The translations under genes were made by a program, and so were the position numbers. The notes under the pieces were generated by a model. The model saw only the letters and a list, made by a program, of their open reading frames with translations, was not told the DNA's origin and made no database searches. From positions 159,129 to 223,128 of the forward strand of contig CAYPSA010000001.1 of the NCBI GenBank assembly GCA_964413645.1: 64,000 nucleotides of DNA, given 5' to 3'. Numbering within the stretch: position 1 is the stretch's first letter; every line of letters begins with the position of its first letter. This document shows positions 18,139-31,089 of this stretch, in pieces. This stretch comes from an uncultured Gammaproteobacteria bacterium (lineage in GTDB: Bacteria > Patescibacteriota > Microgenomatia > UBA1406 > HO2-37-13b).

Positions 18139-21100
18139 ATGTCGTTTACCCATTTACATGTTCACTCCGAATATTCATTGCTCGATGGACTCACTAAAAT
18201 TGACAAACTCGTTGAAGCTGCCAAAGAACAAGGTAGTAGCGCAATTGCTCTTACCGATCATGGAGCAATGTATGGAGCATTTCGATTCTATAAATCTGCA
18301 AAAGCGGCTGGAATTAAGCCAATTATAGGGGTAGAAGCGTATAAGGCAAAAAAAAGCAGATTCGATCAAGCGGGTACCGAGCGTGACCAACATCACCTCC
18401 TTCTTCTGGCAAAAGATAATACTGGCTACAAAAATTTAATGAAGCTTGTTACAAAAGCGCACCTTGAAGGGTATTACTATAAACCTCGCATGGATTTTGA
18501 GATTCTTAAAGAACATTCAGAAGGGATTATCGCAACATCTGGTTGTCTGAATGCCGATATTCCCTCGCTTATTCGCAATGATCAAATAGAAGAAGCCGAG
18601 GACGTTTTAAAGCAGTATTTAGATGTCTTCAAAGATAATTTTTACATTGAGTTGCAGCGATACAGAAACATAGATGATTTAGACCGGGTCAACAAAAAGT
18701 TGCTTGAATTTTCTCGAAAATTCGGTGTTCCTTTAATAGCAACAAATGATGTTCATTATCTAAAACCCGAAGATGCATATGCTCAGGAAGTTCTTCTTTG
18801 TATCCAGACACAGCACAATATGCATGAAAAGAATAGGCCGATGTCTATGCTTGAAACTCCTGAATTTTACTTAAGAACTCCCGATGAAATGAAAACGTTG
18901 TTTTCAGATCTTCCGGAAGCAATTGAAAACACGAATAAGATAGCTGACGTGTGTAATGTAGAAATTCCATCAGGTACGTGGATTGTTCCAAACTACCCAT
19001 TGCCTGAAAATAGGAATTCCTCAGAACATCTTATGGACCTAATACTAGAACGAGCACCAGCTCGAAACCTCGATGCGAATGATCCGGTAATTAGAAAAAG
19101 GATTGATTATGAATTTGATGTTATTTCAACAAAAGGGTACGCAACATATTTTCTTATTGTTGCAGATTTTGTTAACTGGTCGAAAGATCAAGGAATTGCT
19201 GTTGGACCTGGCCGAGGATCAGTGGCAGGGTCAATTATTAGTTATATTCTGCGTATTACCGATATCAATCCACTAGATTACAACCTCCCGTTTGAACGTT
19301 TCTTAACGATGGATCGACCGACACCTCCTGATATTGATATTGATTTTGCCGATACACGACGCGATGAAGTGCTTGCCTACGTTACCCAGAAATATGGCAA
19401 AGAAAAAGTCGCTCAAATTATTACTTTTGGACGAATGGAGGCACGAATGGCAGTGCGTGACACTGCTCGCGCCTTGGGTCACACATACTCACAGGGTGAT
19501 CGAATTGCTAAAATGATTCCTCTTGGAAAACAGGGATTTGCAATGACTATTGATCGTGCGCTCGACGAGAACCCCGTACTTAAAATTGCATATACAACCG
19601 AGGAAGAAACTAAAAAAGTTCTCGATATCGCGCGGAAAGTAGAAAGTATGGCTCGACACTCATCTGTTCATGCGGCTGGCGTAGTTATTGCTGATAAGGA
19701 TCTAACAGAGTATGTGCCGCTTCAGCGTGAATCTAAAGGAGATCGAATAATTACTCAGTATGACATGTATTGTTTAGATCTAAATGCCGTTTCCGATGGT
19801 CAAGCAGTTGGACTAATGAAAATGGACTTTTTGGGTCTACGAAATCTGACCATTTTGGAAAACGCAATCAAGTTCGTGCAAGAAACGACTGGAAATAAAA
19901 TAGATATCCATACAATCTCGCTTGAAGACAAGAAAACATATGAGCTCATGGCTAAAGGTCAAACTATTGGAGTATTTCAACTTGAATCGAGTGGCATGAG
20001 AAAGCTTGCTAAAGAACTTGCACCTAATAAGATGACCGATATTTCAGCTATGGTGGCTCTATATCGCCCCGGACCTATGGATCTTATTCCTAGTTTTTTG
20101 GCGGGAAAGAAGAATCCAGGCAAAATACGATACTTACATCCCGCACTCAAACCGATTCTAGAAGAAACTTATGGAATTCTCGTGTACCAAGAACAGGTCA
20201 TGGAAATAGCTCATCGACTTGCTAGTTTTACACTCTCAGAAGCTGATACATTCCGTATGGCTATTGGAAAGAAAAAGAAAGCGCTTATGAAAATTAGTGA
20301 AGCGAAATTTCGCGAAGGCGCACATAAAAATGGATACTCCAAGGATGTTGTCGATAAAATTTATGGATTTATCGAGAAATTTGCTTCATACGGTTTTAAC
20401 AAAGCACACTCAGCTTCATACGCACTTATTGCTTATTGGACGGGGTACATGAAGGCAAATTATCCCGTAGAGTATATGACGGCATTGCTTTCAGCGGAGT
20501 TGCATGGGTCAGCCGGATCTATTCGCGAGCTAAAAATGTTTCAGGCTATTGAAGAATGTCGCATATTAGACATCACTGTCTTGCCTCCAGATATTAATAA
20601 ATCATTTAATGATTTCTCAATTGAAGATGGTGTTATTCGATTCGGCCTTTCCGCAATTAAAAATGTTGGCGCATCAGCCATCGAATCGATTATTTCTTCA
20701 AGGGCTCAAGGACCATTCACAAGTCTTAAGGATTTGCTAACCCGTATCGACACTCGACGGGTGAATAAAAAAACGGTAGAAAGTCTTATTAAGGCAGGAG
20801 CACTCGATGCATTTGGTGACAGACTTGCCGTGCTAACCTATTATCCCGTCGTTTTGGAAGAAGTTGGTCGTTCTAAAAAAGACACACAACTTGGTCAGTT
20901 CACGCTCTTTGCATCTTCAAATGACAGTAGCTTGCTCGATGATTTGGATACGACTCTAGTTGCCACTACGAGTGATTTGCTAAGCATGGAACGGGAAGTC
21001 TTAGGTTTTTCGATTGATAAAAACCCGCTCGCACAATTTGAAGCAATTATTACGCGCAAAGTTACCAAAAAGATAGGAGAAATTACCATAGAAGATGTCG

Positions 21101-21372
21101 GACAAACATTCATTATGGCAGGAAATGTGGGTCGAGTAAAAAATGTTATAACAAAGAAAAATAATAGTAAAATGGCGTTTGCTTCAGTATTCGATGAAAC
21201 AGGTGCCATTGAGACAATAGTTTTTCCCAAGACTTTTGACTCAACAAAAGATATTTGGTCAGCAAATACTGCAATTTTGTTCAAGGGCAAAATCGATTCC
21301 AAAGATGATGAGATTACCGTTATAATTGAAAATGCAGTTGATCTCGACAAATATTCCAAAAACAATGAGTAA
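18139..21372 (+). CDS. dnaE: DNA polymerase III alpha subunit
   Basis: The PHP N-terminus starts MSFTHLHVHSEYSLLDG, followed by polymerase core motifs and a C-terminal OB fold. The start is set to this Met rather than the upstream extension. Confidence 0.92.
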   Translation: MSFTHLHVHSEYSLLDGLTKIDKLVEAAKEQGSSAIALTDHGAMYGAFRFYKSAKAAGIKPIIGVEAYKAKKSRFDQAGTERDQHHLLLLAKDNTGYKNLMKLVTKAHLEGYYYKPRMDFEILKEHSEGIIATSGCLNADIPSLIRNDQIEEAEDVLKQYLDVFKDNFYIELQRYRNIDDLDRVNKKLLEFSRKFGVPLIATNDVHYLKPEDAYAQEVLLCIQTQHNMHEKNRPMSMLETPEFYLRTPDEMKTLFSDLPEAIENTNKIADVCNVEIPSGTWIVPNYPLPENRNSSEHLMDLILERAPARNLDANDPVIRKRIDYEFDVISTKGYATYFLIVADFVNWSKDQGIAVGPGRGSVAGSIISYILRITDINPLDYNLPFERFLTMDRPTPPDIDIDFADTRRDEVLAYVTQKYGKEKVAQIITFGRMEARMAVRDTARALGHTYSQGDRIAKMIPLGKQGFAMTIDRALDENPVLKIAYTTEEETKKVLDIARKVESMARHSSVHAAGVVIADKDLTEYVPLQRESKGDRIITQYDMYCLDLNAVSDGQAVGLMKMDFLGLRNLTILENAIKFVQETTGNKIDIHTISLEDKKTYELMAKGQTIGVFQLESSGMRKLAKELAPNKMTDISAMVALYRPGPMDLIPSFLAGKKNPGKIRYLHPALKPILEETYGILVYQEQVMEIAHRLASFTLSEADTFRMAIGKKKKALMKISEAKFREGAHKNGYSKDVVDKIYGFIEKFASYGFNKAHSASYALIAYWTGYMKANYPVEYMTALLSAELHGSAGSIRELKMFQAIEECRILDITVLPPDINKSFNDFSIEDGVIRFGLSAIKNVGASAIESIISSRAQGPFTSLKDLLTRIDTRRVNKKTVESLIKAGALDAFGDRLAVLTYYPVVLEEVGRSKKDTQLGQFTLFASSNDSSLLDDLDTTLVATTSDLLSMEREVLGFSIDKNPLAQFEAIITRKVTKKIGEITIEDVGQTFIMAGNVGRVKNVITKKNNSKMAFASVFDETGAIETIVFPKTFDSTKDIWSANTAILFKGKIDSKDDEITVIIENAVDLDKYSKNNE

Positions 21373-21556
21373 TTTAGTGCTTGCCAAATCCCTGAATATC
21401 GGTTATTATTTACTTACTCCACTTTTAGTTGGAGTTTTTTTGGGTATAGCTCTTGATAAAATATTCCAAACAAAAGGAATATTTGTAATTTCCCTCATTG
21501 TATTAGGAGCAATTAGCAGCTTTTACAACTTGTATAAATTAACTAAAGAATCGTAA
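21365..21556 (+). CDS. ATP synthase protein I-like small membrane protein (AtpI/AtpZ)
   Basis: A 63-aa protein with two TM helices immediately upstream of atpB. The ATG overlaps the dnaE stop. Confidence 0.45.
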   Translation: MSNLVLAKSLNIGYYLLTPLLVGVFLGIALDKIFQTKGIFVISLIVLGAISSFYNLYKLTKES

Positions 21557-22290
21557 TGCTACATATTAGTATAAAACCGGAAGTCCTTACGCATATATTT
21601 GGTATCGACATAACGAACTCGCTCGTTACTTCATTATTACTTACCGTATTGTTCATATTTACCTCTTTCCTGTTTAAATACAAATCTAGTGATTCTAATT
21701 CAAAATTCGCTTTTTTCATTCGATTTGTATTGCTTAAAATCTATGGATTATTTGAATCAATTCTTAAAGAAAAGGCAGTTGTCTTTTTTCCTCTATTAGG
21801 CGCATTTTTCTTATATATATTACTTTCAAACTGGATAGGACTTGTTCCAGGAGTTGGAAGTATTCTTATTGATGTTATGCATGAAGGTCATGTTGTGCAT
21901 GTGCCTCTGTTGCGAGCCGCAACAGCAGATTTAAACACAACTATTGCTCTTGCATTAATTTCCGTTGTACTTATTCAGGCATATGGTATAAAATATCTAG
22001 GTATCAAGAAGTATATTGGTAAATTTATTACCTTTAGTAGTCCCATTGCTTTTTTCTTGGGAATTCTTGAAATAGTTTCGGAATTCTCAAAAGTCCTTTC
22101 ATTTGCATTTCGACTTTTTGGTAATATTTTTGCGGGTGAAGTACTTATTGCAGTAGTATCGTTCTTGATTCCAGTACTAGCATCATTTCCGTTCTTGATG
22201 CTAGAAATATTTGTAGGACTTGTTCAAGCACTGGTTTTTTCACTATTAAGTGCAGTGTTCCTTAACATGTCAACAGAAAGTCATCATTGA
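21556..22290 (+). CDS. atpB: F0F1 ATP synthase subunit a
   Basis: Carries FRLFGNIFAGE with the conserved Arg; the product is a polytopic membrane protein. Confidence 0.9.
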   Translation: MLHISIKPEVLTHIFGIDITNSLVTSLLLTVLFIFTSFLFKYKSSDSNSKFAFFIRFVLLKIYGLFESILKEKAVVFFPLLGAFFLYILLSNWIGLVPGVGSILIDVMHEGHVVHVPLLRAATADLNTTIALALISVVLIQAYGIKYLGIKKYIGKFITFSSPIAFFLGILEIVSEFSKVLSFAFRLFGNIFAGEVLIAVVSFLIPVLASFPFLMLEIFVGLVQALVFSLLSAVFLNMSTESHH

Positions 22291-22315
22291 TTATTATAAA
22301 TTTACATAAATATAT

Positions 22316-22543
22316 ATGGATGCAGATAGTGCAAAATTAATTGGAACTGCGTTAGCAATTGGTCTTGGTGCCCTTGGCCCAGGAATTGGTATTGGTCTTA
22401 TTGGAGCCGGTGCAATGAATGCATTGGGTAGAAATCCAGAAGCTGAAGGTCAAGTTAGAACTGCTATGATTTTGGCAATCGCATTTGCTGAAGCAGTTGC
22501 TATTTACGCATTGGTTATCGCGCTTATTATTAAATTTACATAA
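22316..22543 (+). CDS. atpE: F0F1 ATP synthase subunit c
   Basis: A helical-hairpin proteolipid with a Gly-rich helix 1 and the conserved acidic residue (AFAEAVAIY). Confidence 0.9.
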   Translation: MDADSAKLIGTALAIGLGALGPGIGIGLIGAGAMNALGRNPEAEGQVRTAMILAIAFAEAVAIYALVIALIIKFT

Positions 22544-22548
22544 ATTAC

Positions 22549-23043
22549 ATGGAAGCTTTAGGCATTGATCCAAAACTACTTTTAGCGCAAATGGTTAATT
22601 TCGGTATATTTTTTGTTCTTTTTAAGAAATTCATGGCAAAACCGCTCATGGATTTTATTAAAAAGAACCATGATATTGAGAAAGAACGCGAGCGACTAGC
22701 GCAAAAAGCGCTTGCTGATGAAGAAAAGAATGCTGCAAAAGTCGAAGAGGCTCTTTCAAAAGCGCGTCAAGAAGCTGCGGAGATCGTTAACGATGCTAAG
22801 ACAACTGCCAAGAAAGTAGAAGAACAACTCCTTAAAAAAGCACAAGATGATGTGGTGGCTATGAAAGCGAAAGCTGCTACTCAGCTTGAACAAGATAAAA
22901 AAGAACTGCTTGCTCAAGAGCATGATGCAGTAGTAAAGGCAAGTAGTTCCTTGGTAAAAGCAGTATTAGCCGATGTTCTTGATAAAAAATCACAGGAACA
23001 GATTATGGATGCATTTCTCAAAAAAGCAAAATCAGTTAATTAA
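22549..23043 (+). CDS. atpF: F0F1 ATP synthase subunit b
   Basis: A single N-terminal TM helix followed by a long charged coiled coil; its position in the operon is also consistent. Confidence 0.8.
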   Translation: MEALGIDPKLLLAQMVNFGIFFVLFKKFMAKPLMDFIKKNHDIEKERERLAQKALADEEKNAAKVEEALSKARQEAAEIVNDAKTTAKKVEEQLLKKAQDDVVAMKAKAATQLEQDKKELLAQEHDAVVKASSSLVKAVLADVLDKKSQEQIMDAFLKKAKSVN

Positions 23044-23051
23044 CAGTCATC

Positions 23052-23327
23052 ATGGAACTTACACCAGCATTAAGGCTAAAACTAAAATCACTGATATCTG
23101 AAAAAGTACGGGAACTAGCTGATCAGCAGATTGTAATAACATCTGCGGTCGCGCTTTCAGATTCACAAAAGAAAGATTTTGTGGCAGCGTTTCCAAAACT
23201 AAAAGGGGCATCTGTAACATACAAACAAGACAATGCTCTTATAGCCGGATTTGTTATCGAATTTGGATCATCGGTTATCGATGCTTCCTTGGCATCACAA
23301 ATTGATGCAACACTAAAAATAAACTAA
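23052..23327 (+). CDS. atpH: F0F1 ATP synthase subunit delta, short form (C-terminal OSCP domain only, 91 aa)
   Basis: Aligns only to the C-terminal half of OSCP/delta; it lies between atpF and atpA. Confidence 0.65.
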   Translation: MELTPALRLKLKSLISEKVRELADQQIVITSAVALSDSQKKDFVAAFPKLKGASVTYKQDNALIAGFVIEFGSSVIDASLASQIDATLKIN

Positions 23328-23329
23328 TT

Positions 23330-24832
23330 ATGAATATCGCCGATCAAATAATCGCTGAAATTGAAGCTTCTGCAAAAAAGAAACCCGCACTAACGGCTTC
23401 AAATGTTGGAATCGTTGCACAGGTAAAAGACGAAGTTGTATTCATTGAAGGTATGAGCGGTGTTGGATACGGAGAAACACTCGTATTTAAGAATGGAGCA
23501 ACTGGAATCGTGATTGATTTGCTTGAAGATGGTGTCGGAGCAATTGTTTTCGGTGACTACATCTCAATCTCACAAGGCGAAACCGTTAAAGCAACCGGTG
23601 AAGTATTAAGCATTCCTGTTTCAGAAAATTATATTGGTCGCGTGGTGGATGGTGTCGGGAATCCTATCGACGGTAAAGGTCCTATCGCTTCTAAAAAAAT
23701 GTATCCAGTCGAAAAAGTTGCCCCAGGAATTATTTATCGAAAATCAGTTTCAGAACCAGTCCAAACAGGAATTAAAGCGGTTGACGCACTTGTTCCAATT
23801 GGACGAGGACAACGAGAACTTATTATTGGTGACCGAGGAACCGGAAAGAGTACGATTGCAATCGATGCGATTTTGAATCAGAAAAACGAGAACATGATAT
23901 GTATCTATAACATTATCGGTCAAAAGCGATCAAATACGGCGACAATTATTGAACTTTTACGCTCTAAAGGAGCGTTGGACTACACCATTGTAGTTGCTGC
24001 AACAGCAAGTGATCCTGCAGCTATGCAGTACATTGCTCCATATTCAGCTACCGCAATTGCAGAATACTTTTTAGATCAAGGAAAAGATGTGCTTATTGTG
24101 TATGATGATTTAACTAAACATGCTTGGGCGTATCGACAAATTTCACTTATTTTGCGTCGTCCAGCAGGTCGCGAAGCATATCCAGGAGACGTTTTCTACT
24201 TACATTCAAGACTTTTGGAAAGAGCATGTAAAATTGACACAAAATACGGCGGAGGCTCTATTACTGCACTTCCTATTATTCAAACACTTGAAGGCGACGT
24301 TTCAGCCTACATTCCAACAAACGTCATTTCAATTACTGACGGTCAAATTTTCTTGGAATCAGATCTTTTCAATGCGGGAATTCGACCAGCCATTAACGTT
24401 GGAGTCTCTGTTTCACGTGTTGGAAGCTCAGCTCAAACCAAAGCTATGAAACAAGTTGCGGGAAAGCTTAAAAATGACTTGGCACAATATCGTGAACTAG
24501 CCGCTTTTGCACAATTTGAGTCTGAACTGGATGAAAAAACCAAGAAGTTTATTGATCGTGGAGCTCGTATGACACAACTGTTACGACAAAATAAGAATGT
24601 ACCTTTGTCATTAGCTTCTCAAGTGACACTTCTTTGGGCTGGAGCAAACGGCTACTTAGATACAATTCCAACCAAAGAAATTCAAAAATTTGAAGCTGCA
24701 TACGTGGAATTTATGCAAGCAAGCCATGCAGATTTACTTAAGAAGATTGATACAGACAAAAAAATTGATGATAAAAGTGAGGAAGAATTGAAAAAGATTG
24801 TCGAAAAATACCTAAAAACAGTTAGTAAGTAA
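23330..24832 (+). CDS. atpA: F0F1 ATP synthase subunit alpha
   Basis: Walker A GDRGTGKST and the alpha-specific C-terminus. Confidence 0.95.
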   Translation: MNIADQIIAEIEASAKKKPALTASNVGIVAQVKDEVVFIEGMSGVGYGETLVFKNGATGIVIDLLEDGVGAIVFGDYISISQGETVKATGEVLSIPVSENYIGRVVDGVGNPIDGKGPIASKKMYPVEKVAPGIIYRKSVSEPVQTGIKAVDALVPIGRGQRELIIGDRGTGKSTIAIDAILNQKNENMICIYNIIGQKRSNTATIIELLRSKGALDYTIVVAATASDPAAMQYIAPYSATAIAEYFLDQGKDVLIVYDDLTKHAWAYRQISLILRRPAGREAYPGDVFYLHSRLLERACKIDTKYGGGSITALPIIQTLEGDVSAYIPTNVISITDGQIFLESDLFNAGIRPAINVGVSVSRVGSSAQTKAMKQVAGKLKNDLAQYRELAAFAQFESELDEKTKKFIDRGARMTQLLRQNKNVPLSLASQVTLLWAGANGYLDTIPTKEIQKFEAAYVEFMQASHADLLKKIDTDKKIDDKSEEELKKIVEKYLKTVSK

Positions 24833-24840
24833 AATACCAA

Positions 24841-24876
24841 GTCATCCTGAGCGACCGAAGGGAGTCGAAGGATCCC
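24841..24876 (+). repeat. MITE-like repeat, short copy
   Basis: gtcatcctgag followed by the hairpin cgaccgaagggagtcg and then aaggatccc. Confidence 0.7.
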
Positions 24877-24923
24877 AAACAAGGAGATGTTGAAACAAGT
24901 TCAACATGACTAAATGAAAACAT

Positions 24924-27162
<2,239 letters not shown>

Positions 27163-27164
27163 TT

Positions 27165-27226
27165 GTCATTCTGAATGACGGTCATGTCATTCTGAGCGTA
27201 AACGAGAAGCTCGGTGTTACATTCCA
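27165..27226 (+). repeat. MITE-like repeat (two half-copies)
   Basis: gtcattctgaatgac hairpin, then gtcattctgagcgtaaacgagaagctcggtgttacattcc. Confidence 0.75.
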
Positions 27227-27227
27227 T

Positions 27228-27635
27228 ATGAACTTACAAATAATCACTCCGCAAAAAATCACGTTTGAGGGAGAAGTAAACTCTATTACCGTTCCATCTG
27301 CTTCCGGGGAGATAACTATCCTTAAAAATCACGAGGCTCTTTTTGCCATGCTTAATGCGGGAATAATTAAGATCGCAAAATCCGCAGGTGATGAATTTTT
27401 AGCCATCGGAGGTGGATATTTAGAAACGAATAAAGAAAAAACTACACTCATCGTGTCTCGTGCATATGGCCAAGATGAAATTGACGCGGGGGAAATTAAG
27501 CGAGCACAGGAAGATGCAGAAAAAAATCTTAAAACCGCTGTTACAGATGCTGAACGTCAGGAGGCTCTTGAACTCTTCCGCCGATCAGCAATTGATGCAA
27601 AATTACTCTCAAAAGTCTCCCGTAAGAAGCACTAG
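27228..27635 (+). CDS. atpC: F0F1 ATP synthase subunit epsilon
   Basis: An N-terminal beta-sandwich followed by a helical C-terminus; last gene of the operon. Confidence 0.85.
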   Translation: MNLQIITPQKITFEGEVNSITVPSASGEITILKNHEALFAMLNAGIIKIAKSAGDEFLAIGGGYLETNKEKTTLIVSRAYGQDEIDAGEIKRAQEDAEKNLKTAVTDAERQEALELFRRSAIDAKLLSKVSRKKH

Positions 27636-27654
27636 ATTCTTCTCTACAATCCCA

Positions 27655-27683
27655 TTGACACATGCGTACTTGTTTGGTATCAT
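27655..27683 (+). promoter_or_regulatory. consensus sigma70 promoter TTGACA-17-TATCAT for the tRNA-Ala / 23S rRNA transcription unit
   Basis: TTGACA at 27655-27660 and TATCAT at 27678-27683. Confidence 0.6.
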
Positions 27684-27827
27684 ACTTCTAATGAATATGC
27701 TCAATAAGCATTTGGTATAAGGCACTATTGGCGATCACAATTCGATCTCCCAAACAGCCTTCAAAAAAGCATATCTTTGGACGTTTTGCTGTTTAACGGG
27801 TAATCCAAGGATAAAAGTTAGAATTCT

Positions 27828-27903
27828 GGGCCCATGGCGCAATTGGTAGCGCACCTCGTTTGCAACGAGGGGGTTAGGAGTTCGAATCTCCTTGGGTCCA
27901 CCA
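27828..27903 (+). tRNA. tRNA-Ala(UGC), CCA encoded
   Basis: Acceptor GGGCCCA/TGGGTCC with the G3:U70 Ala identity pair, anticodon loop TTTGCAA, T-arm AGGAG-TTCGAAT-CTCCT, and 3' ACCA. Confidence 0.85.
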
Positions 27904-27986
27904 ATTTAGGGGTAAGGAAGTAGTAATCACCCAGAAGGTGATTGCCAGTTCCTAACTTCTAAGTTTGTAAAAAGTCGCACATTAAC

Positions 27987-28001
27987 AATTAGCAGTATAA
28001 G
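27987..28001 (+). other. 5' strand of the pre-23S processing stem; it pairs with 30964-30978
   Basis: aattagcagtataag is the exact reverse complement of cttatactgctaatt, which lies downstream of the 23S. Confidence 0.6.
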
Positions 28002-28092
28002 GTAGAAAAGTCGCATCTAATTTTTTTTAATGTTTATATTTCCCGTGTTTGGGGAAATATATTCTGATTTGTGAGACATTGTCTCAAATTTT

Positions 28093-30920
<2,828 letters not shown>

Positions 30921-31002
30921 GTTTGAGTGCCAATGGCTCACAAATCAGAAACTTTTCTATAAACTTATACTGCTAATTATTACTGTGAGGCTAAACTCAC
31001 TT

Positions 31003-31067
31003 GTCATCCTGAGTGATCCGCCCACTGGCGGAGATCGAAGAATCTCAGTAATCCGTTATCCTGAACT
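31003..31067 (+). repeat. MITE-like repeat copy
   Basis: gtcatcctgagtgatccgcccactggcggagatcgaagaatctcagtaatccgttatcctgaac. Confidence 0.75.
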
Positions 31068-31089
31068 TGTTTACTGCTATAATTACACA

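Noticed and set aside
22291-22315. Possible missing atpI between atpB and atpE
   Set aside because: The gap is only 25 bp. The atpI-like ORF is upstream of atpB at 21365-21556.
30921-31002. 5S rRNA downstream of the 23S
   Set aside because: An 82-bp AT-rich spacer is too short for a 5S gene of about 115 nt and lacks its conserved helices. None was found elsewhere in the window by eye.
30985-31089. N-terminal extension of topA (MRLNSLVILSDPPTGG...)
   Set aside because: This stretch is encoded by a GTCATCCTGAG repeat copy. The conserved Toprim N-terminus begins at MQLIIVESPTKAKT (31090).
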